A DNA stretch of 64,000 nucleotides, taken from Octopus sinensis. Its lineage: Eukaryota. Positions 1 to 12,052 of this stretch are shown one piece after another. The stretch's first letter is position 1; the number at the start of each line of letters is the position of its first letter. The DNA is taken from positions 28,086,001 through 28,150,000 of the forward strand of contig NC_043020.1 in assembly GCF_006345805.1 (NCBI RefSeq), in the 5' to 3' direction. A program made the translations under genes and the position numbers. The notes beneath the pieces are model-generated. The model had not been told where the DNA came from. It saw nothing but the letters and a program-made list of their open reading frames with translations, and did no database searches.

Positions 1-89
1 AGACTAGATGTTTGGCAGCAAAATTGAGCAGGTCTTTGAAAATGTCTGAGAGTTGGTAGTGAGTCTTTAATGGAAGGTGATTCTGGCAT
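1..89 (-). CDS. TRMT11: TRMT11 exon 12, partial ([30 protein letters not shown])
   Basis: TTACAG acceptor, phase 2; cut by the window edge. Confidence 0.9.
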   Translation of the reverse strand, partial: MPESPSIKDSLPTLRHFQRPAQFCCQTSS

Positions 90-3000
90 CTGTAAGAAAA
101 AGAATTGCAAAATTTATTTAAAACCATTTTGTACACACTTTCGTATTTAATTCTAAATGGAAAATCCATCATCATCATCATCATCATCGTCATTTAACAT
201 CCATTTTCCATGCTGTCATGGGTCGGACAGTGTGACAGGAAACAACCAGCTGAAGGGCTGCCCCGCCCCCCGGCTGTTTTGGCATCATTTTTACACCTGG
301 ATGTCCTTCTTGATGCCAACTGTTTTACAGAATGTAGTGGGTGCCTTTTATGTGACACCAATACAGGTACTTGATATGTGGCACCAACACCTATTTCTTT
401 ATTACCCACAAGGGGCTAAACACAGAGAGGACAAACAAGGACAGACAAACGGAATGAGTCGATTACATCGACCCCAGTGTGTAACTGGTACTTAGTTTAT
501 CGACCCCGAAAGGATGAAAGGCAAAGTCGACCTCGGCGGAATTTGAACTCAGAACGCAACGGCAGACGAAATACCGCAAAGCATTTCGCCCGGCGTGCTA
601 ACGTTTCTGCCAGCTCGCCTGCAAGATTAGGAATGCAGGGGATAAACCTGGATGCAAGGACAACCACACCCCTACTTAGCTCGATGTGTTTTCTGAAGCC
701 CGGCAAACCACCAGGGGCCTCAGTCTCCTGTCATCCCCTCCGTGGAAACTTTCTCTGAAGATACATTCTCACTGCTTTACCCCAGCTTTACACTTGTCCA
801 CAGTGCAATAGAGTAGGATTGAACCTGAGGCTACATGATTGTGAAGCAAACACCTTAACCACACAGCCAGGTATAAAGAATGGGCAACAAAACTAAGACA
901 AATGAGAAAAGGGGAAAACAACGAACCTTTCAGGTGACTGTTCCCTTCTGTTATTTGGAGAGATTTTTTTGGCAGGTTCCCTAATGCCATAAGGGCTGAA
1001 AATAGCAGAAAGCAAACAACAACAATAATGATAACAATAATAATAATAATTAATTCTTTTTATTGGCCACAAGGGCTGACAAATATGATTGGAAAACATA
1101 AAGGGACAAAACAGGACGAAAGGTTACAAAGGGTTTTGTCCATTTGTGAAAAAAAAACGAGTAAAAAGCAGTATAACAACGAAAAACTCCCAATAGAGGA
1201 GATGCTTCGAAAAAAAAGGAAAAGGTCTCACGTGGAAAAACCCATAAAAGCCATGGGAGCCTGGTCAAAAGGGGGGTAGAGAGTCTCTTTCTCCTTTTAT
1301 AATACTTTTTTCAGTTACAGGCGAAACCTCAGAATTGGTCCATTTATACTGGCCATTCTTGCACAATTCACCCACCTTTCAGAAAACTTGCTATCAGACA
1401 GCACTCTCCTCTCTAACCTCATCTTCCTTTTCACTGAAGCTCCGGCGTCTGGCGATGGACTTGGTAAACACCCACAAAGTTATCAACCACCTCACCAACA
1501 ACAACACTGAACACCTTTTTGATCTTCATGTGTCTAACACACGTGAACATGCCTACAAAGTCAGAAAACAACACAGCTCCCATGACTTTCGGAAACATTT
1601 TTTCACGCTCAGAGTTGCTGAAGCATGGAATAAACTGCCTGCGTCAGTTGTTGACTGCCATGACACTGCATCCTTTAAGGCCCTCATGCTTTCCGAAATC
1701 CGCCGAAACTACACCTGATTATATATACACTTTAGATGAGTTGTAGTGCACCTGAGCACTGTACACAATGTTTTTATTATTATTATTATAAGTGAAACTT
1801 GAAAAAGTTGATGAGGAATAATGAGAAAGCAACCATACTATGGGATATGCAAATACAGAGAGAGAGAGAGGAATTAATGCCAATAGACCAGGATATAGTT
1901 GGATGATTTGATGGGATCAAATGTGTCTAAGGGATGCATCGTACTCCAGTGTCTGCTTTGGCATGGCTTCTACAGGGGAGATGCCCTTCCTAACATCAAC
2001 AACTTCACAACATCTATTGGCTACTGGATGCTTATTTCAGGTCATCAGCAGTAGTAAAGTTGCCATGCAGATTGTAAGTCTATGAACCCTCAACAGGGTA
2101 ACCTTCATGCATGGGGAAAAGACAGAGCTTAGAGCGTGTGAGAAAAAAGGAGAGAGCAGAAAGGGATTCCATGTGGAAGAGGATCTGCATGGCTAGGGAC
2201 AGTTTAGAAGAGAGGGCCAGAGTGACCAGGTGGGGGCTTGAAAGCAATGAAATAGGGGTGATGAGGTGTCAGGATAGGATCAACAAAGTATGAGGTGGGT
2301 AGGAATGAGTGGGGTCTTTTAGTGAGGAGCAGTAGGAGGATGAAAGAGAGAGAGAGAGGACATACTGTGAGGTGAGTTACAGGAGTGGATGGGAAAGAGA
2401 GAGAGCATGCCGGGCGAAATGCGTAGCTGTATTTCGTCTACCATTACGTTCTGAGTTCAAATTCCGCCGAGGTCGACTTCGCCTTTCATCCTTTCGGGGT
2501 TGATAAATTAAGTACCAGTTATGCACTAGGGTCGATATAATCGACTTAATCCATTTGTCTGTCCTTGTTTGTCCTTTCTGTGTTTAGCCCCTTGTGGGTA
2601 GTAAAGAAATAGGTATTTCGTCTGCCGTTACGTTCTGAGTTCAAATTCCGCCGAGGTCGACTTTGCCTCTCATCCTTTCGGGGTCGATAAATTAAGTACC
2701 AGTTACACACTGGGGTCGATATAACCGACTTAATCCGTTTGTCTGTCCTTGTTTGTCCCCTCTGTGTTTAGCCCCTTGTGGGTAGTAAAGAAATAGGTAT
2801 TTCGCCTGCTGCTACGTTCTGAGTTCAAATTCCACTGAGGTCGACTTTGCCTTTCATCCTTTCAGGGGTCGATAAACTAAGTACCAGTTATGCACTGGGG
2901 TCGATATAATCGACTTAATCCATTTGTCTGTCTTTGTTTGTCCTCTCTGTGTTTACTGCCTTGTGGGTAGTAAAGAAGTAGGTGTAGTGTATGAAAAGGG

Positions 3001-6000
3001 TAAGATGGATGGTGATTATGCAGAGCAAGGTAAGTAAAGAGTTAAAGATGGGTGTTGAAATGCTTACGGTCTGTGATGATGGCATCAAAGATTTCGTTTT
3101 TACGCCAGAGTTTGTGTTTGGAAGAATCAGCAATGATAGCATCAAGGTACAGGTGACCGACACCATATTGGATCAAATTGGATCGGATGCTCTCGTTTGA
3201 ATCCCTTGTTTTTTGATTATGCCGAGATGGTCGAGCTGGATAAAAAAAAAAAACATTAAAAATTAAATGAAATACAAAAAAATTGTGGCTGTGGTAAGAA
3301 GTTTCACTTCCCAACTATAATGGTTCCAGGTTCAGTCCCACTGCGTGGCACCTTGGGCAAGTGTCTTCTACTATAGCCTCGGGCCGACCACAGCCTTGTG
3401 AGTGGATTTGGTAGATGGCTATGTAGTTAAGAAGCTCATCATTCATCATCATTGCCCAACCGTGGTCGAGACAATGGAATTTACCATGCTACGCCAGACC
3501 TCACGGTCCATCATGCCATTACGGAGGTCCTGTTGCTGGATGCCTGTATCCCTGGAGATTACATCAGGGTAGGAGAGTGTGCGCCCTCTGGTATTGCGAG
3601 TAGATGGCTTCCAGAGGAGAAGAGGAGAAATTGCCTCGTTTTCAGCTCTACAACAAAGTCCAGCAAACTGGACTCTCCTACCTTTCACAAGAGATGACAC
3701 AGGTGGTAGTTTCCCATACATTTGCATTTTGGTTGGATGGCGCTTCCACGAGAGATTTTGAGCTCTCCTAAGGAGGCGAGTGTAGGTTCCATCCAACCGC
3801 CTCTCAAGCTTTGATAACGTCCAGGTTTCTAAGAAGCTCACTTTGCAACCATGTGGTTCTGGGTTCAGTTCCACCACATGGCACCTTGGGCAAATGTCTT
3901 TTACTATAGCCCTGGGCTGACCAATGCCCTGTGAGTGAAATTGGTAGATGGAAACTGTGTGGAAGCTTGTCATGTGTGTGTTTGTGTCCCCCACACCACT
4001 TGACAACTGGTGTTGGTTTATTTACGTCCCCCAAAGCCTGGCAGTTTAGTAAAAGAGTGTGATAGGATAAGTGCCAGGCTGTTAAAACATCAAGTACTGT
4101 GGTTGATTTGTTTGACTAAATCCTTCGGGGCATGCTCCAGCATGGCCACAGTGCAATGACTGAAACAAGTAAAAGAAAGCAAAAGAGCTAAAAAAAAAAA
4201 AATTTTTTTTAAATGGGGGGGGGGGGGGGCAGGTAACTTACCTTTGCCATGTAAAAGAAGATAGTCTAAGTCAGCCCCCATCACATAACTGCCAAAATGA
4301 GCACAAGCCACCAATAAGCTTCCTGAAAAAATAATTAACAACAGTAATTAGAAAAAAAAAAGTAATTAACAACAGCAATTTAGAAAGAGTGAGTAATTAA
4401 AGATTGACAGTCAACAAATTATTAACTTGTTTTATGCATCTTGCTTGAGAGGAGGAGGAGGAGGAAGGGGAGAAGAAGAAGAAGAAGAGAAGAAAAGAAG
4501 AAGAAGAAGAGAAGAAGAGGAAGAAAGAGAAGAAGAAGAAGAGAAGAAGAAGAAGAAGAAGAAGAAGAAGAAGAAGAAGAAGAAGAATGAAAGATGACCA
4601 ACCTGTTCCAACAAAAGGATCGAATACCAGCTTGTTTTGAGCCGCCTTCCCCATGTTAGCCATTATGAGGGATAACCCAGCATCCATGCTGGTGTTACCT
4701 GCAGAAGACAGAATATTACAGCTCAGGTATTTTACAAAATGGTACAGGCCAGTCAAGCTGGTGTTACATAAAAACAAAGAAATGCTACAATCTATCTATG
4801 CTGGTCTCACCTTCTATAATATGAAATAGTCCAGGTATGCTAATGTTTATTTCTTTATTGCCCACAGGGGGCAAAACATAGAGGGGACAAACAAAGGGAT
4901 TAAGTTGATTACATCGACCCCAATACGTAACTGGTACTTAATTTATCAACCCCGAAAGGATGAAAGGCAAAGTCGGCCTCGGCGGAATTTGAACTCAGAA
5001 CGTAACGGCAGACGAAATACCTATTTCTTTACTACCCACAAGGAGCTAAACAGAGAGAGGACAAACAAGGACAGACAAGCGGATTAAGTTGATTATATCG
5101 ACCCCAGTGCATAACTGGTACTTATTTAATCGACCCCGAAAGGATGAAAGGCAAAGTCGACCTCGGTGGAATTTGAACTCAGAATGTAGCAGCAGACGAA
5201 ACACCGGCATTTCGCCCGGCATGCTAACGATTCTGCCAGCTCGCCAAGTGAATACCCTCCATCAGGCATCTACCATACTCTGAATGCCTTGCTTCCACAG
5301 GCATAAATACATTGAAGCTCCGACGTTTGGCAACTGACTTGGTAAACACCCACAAAATTATTAACCATTGCGCCAACAACCACCTTGAGCACCTTTTTGA
5401 ATTCCATGAGGCTAACACATGTGGACATGTTTACTAAGTCAGAAAACAGCACAGCTCCCATGACTTTCAGAAACATTTTGTCACACTCAAAGTTGCTGAA
5501 GCATGGAACAAACTACCTGCATCAGTTGTTAGCTGCCGGGACATTACATCCTTTAAAACCCCCATGTTTCCTGAAATTCACCAACACTACACCTGTTATC
5601 TACCCCATCCATACACATGTGCACATGTATATCATGACTCATACACTTTCCTGACTTTTGTACATAATTCTGTGTACTGTATGCGCACCTTTGATGAGTT
5701 GTGGTACACCTGAGCACCATACACAAGAATTTCATTATTATTATTATTATTATTATAACACATACATTGAAAACAATTTTTCAAAATAAGACAACCATGA
5801 TGCTGCTGCTGATTGTTGTTGTTGTTGCTAAGCAACAAGACGGGTAAGGGTGAATAGGTGATGATTTAGGGCTTAGGGACGGGAGACCCCAGACCTTGGA
5901 AAACAAAACTTTGGTCGTCTTGTTGTAGTTGAGGGCTCTTCGTTGACGCCCGACACCACTGGGAGGTGGCCCTTGAAGTCGCTGGAAATGGAGATCTCCA

Positions 6001-7109
6001 GGTCCAAATTCTTGGATGGCTGCTGCTGCTGGTGGTAGTTGTGGTGGTGGTGATGATGATGATGATAGTGATTATGTGTAAGTCTTACCTATAAAGCATC
6101 TGTTCTGCAGGTGGTAATGTCGAATTTGGTCTCGGCTTCCTTCAGCAATCTGCAATTTTCAGAGAAGTACAAATGTGAGCAAACACAAACACACACACAC
6201 ACAAACACATTCACACGCATGCACGCGCACATGCACACCTGCATACACACAAACACATATGCACACATGCACACGTGCATACACACACACACATACGCAC
6301 ACATGCACATGCACACCTGCACACACACACACTCACATATACAATGGGTTTCTTTCTGTTTCCCTCTACAAAATAAACTCACACAAGTTTGGTTGGTCTG
6401 GAGTTATTCTAGAATACATGTGCCCAAGTATATTCTGTAAGACGCTGCTTCACAGTGGGACTGAACCCGAAACCACAGGTCAAGTTCTTAACCACATTAA
6501 CCACACAGCCACGCTTGCACCACTCTGTGTGTGTGTGTGCATGAGTGTTTCCATACAAGTAAACATACATATTATTGGTTTCAAATTTTGGCACAAGGCC
6601 AGCAATTTCAAGGGAAGGGGGGGCAAGCAATTAAGCCAACCCCAGTATTCTGCTGGTACTTATTTTATTGACCCCAAAAGGATGAAAGGCAGAGTCGGCA
6701 GAATTTGAACTCAGAACATAGTGGTGGTACATAAAAACACGCATGTGATGCCACTTAAATGAATCTGTGAAATTCTGCGTAAGAGGACCCATACAGTGCC
6801 ACATAAAAGCATCCATGTGCCACCATGTAAAAGCACCTGTGTGGCACCACATAAAAGCATTCGTGCGGTGCCACGTAAAAGCACCCAGCACACTCTGTAA
6901 AGTGGTTGGCGTCAGGAGGAGCATCCAGCCACAGAAAACCATTCCAAAGCAGACGACTGGGGCTTGCTGCAGCTCCCCAGCTGACCAGTTCTGGTCAAAC
7001 AGTGCAACCCATGCCAGCATGGACAACGGACATTAAATGATGATGATGGTGGTGGTGATGGTGATGATGATGATGGTGGTGGTGGTGTTGATGATGATGG
7101 TGTTGATGA

Positions 7110-7143
<34 letters not shown>

Positions 7144-7277
7144 GATGATGATGATGGTAATGATGACGATGGTGGTGGTGTTGATGATGATGATGATGAT
7201 GATATTGATGGTGTTGTTGATGATGATGGTGTTGCTGATGATGATGATGATGATGGTGTTGTTGATGATGGTGTTGC

Positions 7278-7308
<31 letters not shown>

Positions 7309-10300
7309 GGTGATGATGATGATGATGATGATGATGATTCTGCCAGCTTGCCGCCTTAAGCATACAAATTGTTACAACTGCTACGTAATTCCTCAAAGTT
7401 CAAAAGTCGGACTCTGCAGAGATTGCATCACGGAAATCAACAAAATTCTGTGAATACTTTTTGAATTCTTCTTGCTTTTGAATCAAATCCAAAATAAGAG
7501 GGATGGGTGCAGGGTTCAATACTCGGCCGTGCATCTAATGTTATAGGGACATATGTGTTGGCGAAGGTGGACAGGTGTGAAAACAAGAGACAAGAGTAAA
7601 AAGCAGAGAACAGAGATAAAACAATACATACGAATCGGCCAAAGTAGAGAGAAGATGGTTCCAGCGCAGAATGGCTTCCTGCTTCATCTTCATAAAATTC
7701 CAACAGGTAGAAACTGTGGTCAGGATTCTCCAGTCGTATTTTGCCTTTTAATCCTAATTCCGTCCAAGGAAGGGACTAACGGGAACAAATATGAAGACAA
7801 ATAGGTAAATATAATGAAAATAAAAATTAGATTTCTGAAATGAAATTTAAATAGTAAAAATGGAAAATTGAAATTTTGAAAAAAAAAAAAAAAACCTACA
7901 AAACAAAAAAGAAATTTATTTGGGATACGAAATAAGTCTAGAAATTATTATGGGGTAAATCAAGTAGAAATTTATATGGGCTATTGATAACCATATCGGA
8001 GTGGTTGGCGTTAGGAAGGGCATCAGCTGTAGAAATCTTGCCAGATCAAATTGGAGCCTGGTGCAGCCTCCTGGCTTCCCAGACCCCAGTCAAACCATCC
8101 AACCCATGCTAGCATGGAAAGTGGATGTTAAACGATGATGATGATTTCTAAGCTTGACATTTATTTCTTAGGTGAAGGCACATGGCTCAGTGGTTAATAC
8201 ATCAAAATCATGAGGTATGTATAACCCTAGAAAATAATCTGGGGTATTGACTGACCTTAGAAATTAATTTGAGGTATTGATTGACCTCAGAAATTAATCT
8301 GGGGTATTCCATAATTCCCTAATCCTTAGAAGTTAATCTAGAGTATTGTGTAACTGCTAGAATATAACTCTAGAAATTAATAGAGGGTACAATGGAGAAG
8401 GGGGCAGCTTTATGCTTGACAATGAAGGAAGGAGGAGGAATTTCTTGCTGTAAAAGAGATATATGGTTGCTCAAATTTTATAAAAGTGTGAGTGAGCAAT
8501 TTATCAATCTAAAATCTTATTTGGGGTATTATCCACCCCCTAGCATAGCTAGAGTATGTGCCACCTGGGGTGGCCCTTCCATTTGCCCCCCCACCCCAGA
8601 CCCCACAAAAAACACATACTGCCTACAAACCCAGAAGTGCCACCCGGGGTGGACCGCCCCCCTACTTTCCCCCACCCCCAGTTAAATAGACAACTAATCA
8701 AAGGTGAACGTTTAACTTACCTCAATCTTCTCTAACTTTTCTTTTGGAGGAATTTTCTTATTGAATGCTTCTACCACAATTTTAAATGTAGAGTCTGCAG
8801 ATGTGTATGGTTCCTGCAAAAAAACCAATACAATATTTACCAAGATGATAATATAGGCGCAGGAGTGGCTGTGTGGTAAGTAGCTTGTTTACGAATCACA
8901 TGGTTCTGGGTTCAGTCCCACTGCGTGGCACCTTGGGCAAGTGTCTTCTACTATAGCCTCGAGCCGACCAAATCCTTGTGAGTGGATTTGGTAGACGGAA
9001 ACTGAAAGAAGCCCGTCGTATATATGTGTGCGTGTATGTTTGTGTGTCTGTGTTTGTCCCCCCACCATTGCTTGACAACCAATGCTGGTGTGTTTATGTC
9101 TCCGTCACTTAGCGGTTCGGCAAAAGAGACTGATAGAATAAGTACTGGCTTACAAAGAATAAGTTCCTGGGTCGAATTGCTCGATTAAAGGCGGTGCTCC
9201 AGCATAGCCACAGTCAAATAACTGAAACAAGTAAAAGAGTAAAGAGTAAAAGAGTATAGTTTCACATTTCCATCAGACAGTTTTGATCACAACTGTCCAA
9301 TGAATGGAAACGTGAACCTCTGAGTCACAGCTTTTTTGTTATGTTTTTGTAGTTTTAATAAAGAAAGTGTGTGTATGTATATACGTATGTATGTATATAC
9401 GTATGTATGTATTTAAATGTGTGTGTGTCTTCGTCTGGACATCGTGTGATGACTGTAAATGAGTATCATCATCATATGAGCAATATCATTCGTTTCTAGT
9501 CTTTTGTGAAAGACATGTCTAGCTATGGAAAATATTACTTTGCTTGGAAACAAGGGTTGGCAACAGGGAGGGCATCCTGCCTTAGAATATCTGCCTCAAC
9601 AAATCCCATCAGACCCATGCAAGCATGGACAAGTTGATGTTATGATGATGATGATAACAGTGATGTTCGTGCCAACCTATGATTCTCTGAAACACACTGA
9701 AAATCTTTTACAGAGAGTGGAAGGGAAGAAAAGAAAGAACAAAGCAAGGTGAGAACGACAGAAAGAATGAGAGTAAAAAGAATGAAGAAAGAAAACAAAC
9801 AATAAAAAAGGGAAGAAAGAAAGAAATGAAAAAAACAAAAACCAACACATGGTTATAATCTGAACGTACTGTAATTTCTGGACTTAGCTTGGCGAGTCGT
9901 TCATTGAGGCTTTCTAGTGTTTTCCCTTCGGCCCACAGTTCGTATGCTGACCTAAAAGAGAAAAAGGAAAAAGCAGACCAAATGAAAGCACCGCTCTGTG
10001 CCATCCACAGGAATCACCCCCTACTTATTAACCGCATCCCCATCACTATCACCATTATCACCATCATCATCATCATCGTTCAAAATTTTCAATGGCAAAC
10101 AGCAGGGAATACAGCCTTTCTTACAATGAGACACCCAAAGCTTATCATCATCATCATCCTCATCACTATCACCACCACCATCACCATCATCATCATAAAG
10201 TCTTTAAATGTATCAAATGACATTGTTTTATTTCTGCAAGTAGATCTTTCTAAGATGGTGGTGTCTACTTTTGACAAGTCTTTCTCTTTCTCAGAGAGAG

Positions 10301-11318
10301 AGACACAGACAGGCAGAGAGTGAGATGAGCTTCTTTCAGTTTCCATCAGCCAAATTCACTCACACCATCAAAAAGCCATCAACTACTCAATGGCCCACAA
10401 ATTTAAATTTGAAAGAATTTTCAGAGAAGGCCCAGAGTCTACAGAGAACATCTTTGTGGGTCGCTTGTGGGCCGTGGACCACCTGTCGTTGCCTCCTCTC
10501 ATACACAAACATACACACCACCCAACCAAAATGACCGAGGAACCTCTTACCTAACCAACATGGTTCTCTTCAGTAACTGCTTCACATTATCTTCAGATGG
10601 TACCTCGACTATCAGAAATGGACTCTGCAAAGAAATTTCAGGGAAAGAATTTTTACTTTTCGATATACATACTTGAATCAGCATTAAATCAAAATATTAC
10701 TGGGTGTATATAAGATTCTTCATCATCATCATCATCATCTTTGCTAAATTAACTGGTTTCCAGTTTGGTTTCTAGTTTTGCCTCTACATCCGGAATTCCT
10801 TTTCTAGTTCTGTTACAGAATCTGTCATGAGAACAAGATCCTCCTTGTTACAGCCTGGAGGACAATGATAAATAGGAGGGAGTCTGAGAACCAAACCCTG
10901 ATGAACACCCAGCTGTACACTAAACACATCACTATACTCATTAATTATTATTCTTTTCTTTGCTGTGGTATTTATCAAAACTATGGCAGGTTCCTGAGGC
11001 CTCGATACCAACTTTAGCCTTGGTTATTTCCCCTTGATTAGGAAAGCTTCTCATGTCGGAATTAACTGATGAATTGAATTGAATTAAAAAAAATAATAAT
11101 AATGTCCTTACCTTAGTTTGTCTTTCATATTCCTTGATCTTTAGTGGTATTCCCAGAATTTCTGCAACCGAGTGCAGTTCCTATATAAAACATTAAGAAC
11201 AAGACAAGTTTTGGCAAAGCATTTTTCTTTTAGCTTGAAAAATCAATAAAAAGAAAACAAGCAATAAAAAAATATTTATAAATCGCTTAGAGAAAATATG
11301 TTACGATAAAATAAAAGC

Positions 11319-11353
<35 letters not shown>

Positions 11354-12052
11354 TAGCTGTTGGAGTACCACGTAAAAGCACTTATAGAGTACCGTGTAAA
11401 AGCACCTGTGTAGTGCCAGTATTATTATTATTATTATTAAGGTGGAGAGCTATCAGAGTCCTTAGCACGCCGGGCAAAATGTTTAGCGGTATTTCGCCTG
11501 TCTCTACGTTCTGAGATCAAATGTCGCCGGGGTCGACTTTGCCTGTAGCGCAAAAAAGCTGATTTGTCGACAGGAAATGTCAATATTTACAGAGACAAGT
11601 GTGCACACATTCATATATACACACATAACGGGCTCCCATGCAGTTTCTGTCTACCAATTCTACTCACAAGGCATTGGCCGGCCCAAGGCCATAAAAGACA
11701 CTCGCCCAAGGCGCCACTGGGTGTGATAGAACTCGAAACCACATGTTTATAAAGCGAATTCCATACCCATACAACCAAACCTATGCCCTCTCCCATCATA
11801 CAAACACGCAGGGGCATATTTATTTACTCGTTTCGGTAAACCAGGGGAAAGCAAGATGATTCCGGTCTCCCTTTTTGCTGGTTTCATTTTCAGTCACGTT
11901 GTCAACCCAAAAGCAAGTTTGAGATCACAGAAGCTATATAGAAGACCAAGAAGTAACAAAAGGATGTCATTACATACTGGTAGACGGAAATCTAAATGTT
12001 CGTGTGCAAAATGCAGTAAAAAACGGGACCTGGACACGGTCACCGAGGTCAT
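1..12052 (-). CDS. TRMT11: tRNA (guanine(10)-N2)-methyltransferase, spliced gene; 3' end runs off the left edge
   Basis: 12 GT-AG exons join to [25 protein letters not shown]...[15 protein letters not shown]...[19 protein letters not shown]...FDAIITD-P-PYGIRE...[19 protein letters not shown], matching remembered TRM11 motifs (HLDFRLPE, GNTSMD, DPFVGTG, DPPYGIRE). Phases agree at every junction except 3068/995. Confidence 0.96.
389..619 (-). mobile_element. tRNA-derived SINE with Nin-like core (family A), monomer
   Basis: B-box GTTCAAATTCC and core GTCGACTTTGCCTTTCATCCTTTCGGGGTCGATAAA; others at 21476-21709, 25024-25205, 61366-61570. Confidence 0.85.
927..995 (-). CDS. TRMT11: TRMT11 exon 11 ([22 protein letters not shown]); appears 1 nt short at its 5' end
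   Basis: TTTCAG acceptor, GTTCGT donor; PYGIRE motif. Confidence 0.88.
1390..1790 (+). mobile_element. CR1-like LINE 3' fragment with (ATT)n tail
   Basis: LKLRRL..DL...HKVI...[19 protein letters not shown]. Confidence 0.85.
2405..2982 (+). mobile_element. Family A SINE head-to-tail trimer, 184 bp period
   Basis: TATTTCG unit starts at 2430, 2614, 2798. Confidence 0.9.
3068..3235 (-). CDS. TRMT11: TRMT11 exon 10 ([25 protein letters not shown]...FDAIITD)
   Basis: TCCAG acceptor, GTAAGC donor, phase 1-1. Confidence 0.95.
3440..3836 (-). mobile_element. RTE/RTEX-like LINE 3' fragment
   Basis: [28 protein letters not shown]...RRVQFAG...DREVWRSMV followed by (GAT)n. Confidence 0.8.
4242..4322 (-). 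CDS. TRMT11: TRMT11 exon 9 ([27 protein letters not shown])
   Basis: TTTCAG acceptor, GTAAGT donor, phase 1-1. Confidence 0.95.
4448..4588. repeat. (GAA)n/(GGA)n microsatellite
   Basis: Directly visible; next to the TRMT11 exon 8 donor. Confidence 0.95.
4603..4698 (-). CDS. TRMT11: TRMT11 exon 8 ([32 protein letters not shown])
   Basis: CTGCAG acceptor, GTTGGT donor; SAM-binding motif I. Confidence 0.95.
4845..5230 (-). mobile_element. Family A SINE dimer
   Basis: Two tandem cores joined at GGTATTT. Confidence 0.85.
5265..5757 (+). mobile_element. CR1-like LINE 3' fragment
   Basis: Same family as 1390-1790. Confidence 0.82.
6089..6149 (-). CDS. TRMT11: TRMT11 exon 7 ([20 protein letters not shown])
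   Basis: TGCAG acceptor, GTAAGA donor, phase 0-1. Confidence 0.92.
7036..7340. repeat. Compound (GAT/GGT/GTT)n trinucleotide repeat
   Basis: Directly visible. Confidence 0.95.
7632..7775 (-). CDS. TRMT11: TRMT11 exon 6 ([28 protein letters not shown]...LYFGRF)
   Basis: TTAG acceptor, GTATGT donor, 48 codons. Confidence 0.92.
8721..8813 (-). CDS. TRMT11: TRMT11 exon 5 ([31 protein letters not shown])
   Basis: TTGCAG acceptor, GTAAGT donor, phase 0-0. Confidence 0.93.
8867..9255 (+). mobile_element. tRNA-derived SINE family B with internal TA/TG microsatellite and (GAGTAAAA)n tail
   Basis: A-box TGGCTGTGTGG, B-box GGTTCAGTCCC; copies at about 17230-17610, 25745-26005, 36545-36955, 48706-49110, 49790-50245, 59563-60025. 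Confidence 0.85.
9870..9951 (-). CDS. TRMT11: TRMT11 exon 4 ([27 protein letters not shown])
   Basis: TTTTAG acceptor, GTACGT donor, phase 2-0. Confidence 0.92.
10551..10624 (-). CDS. TRMT11: TRMT11 exon 3 ([25 protein letters not shown])
   Basis: TTGCAG acceptor, GTAAGA donor, phase 0-2. Confidence 0.92.
11112..11180 (-). CDS. TRMT11: TRMT11 exon 2 ([23 protein letters not shown])
   Basis: TAG acceptor, GTAAGG donor, phase 0-0. Confidence 0.9.
11978..12052 (-). CDS. TRMT11: TRMT11 exon 1 ([25 protein letters not shown])
   Basis: ATG at 12052, 75 nt, donor GTATGT. Confidence 0.92.

Noticed and set aside
6995-7453. Poly-His and poly-Met/Val ORFs (likewise 30471-30929, 32026-32472, 44167-44987, 50533-52357, 54500-55198)
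   Set aside because: Stop-free translations of microsatellites; no splice or domain support.
8867-8935. tRNA genes at SINE heads
   Set aside because: A/B boxes are present but there is no full cloverleaf, and each continues into a multi-copy SINE body.
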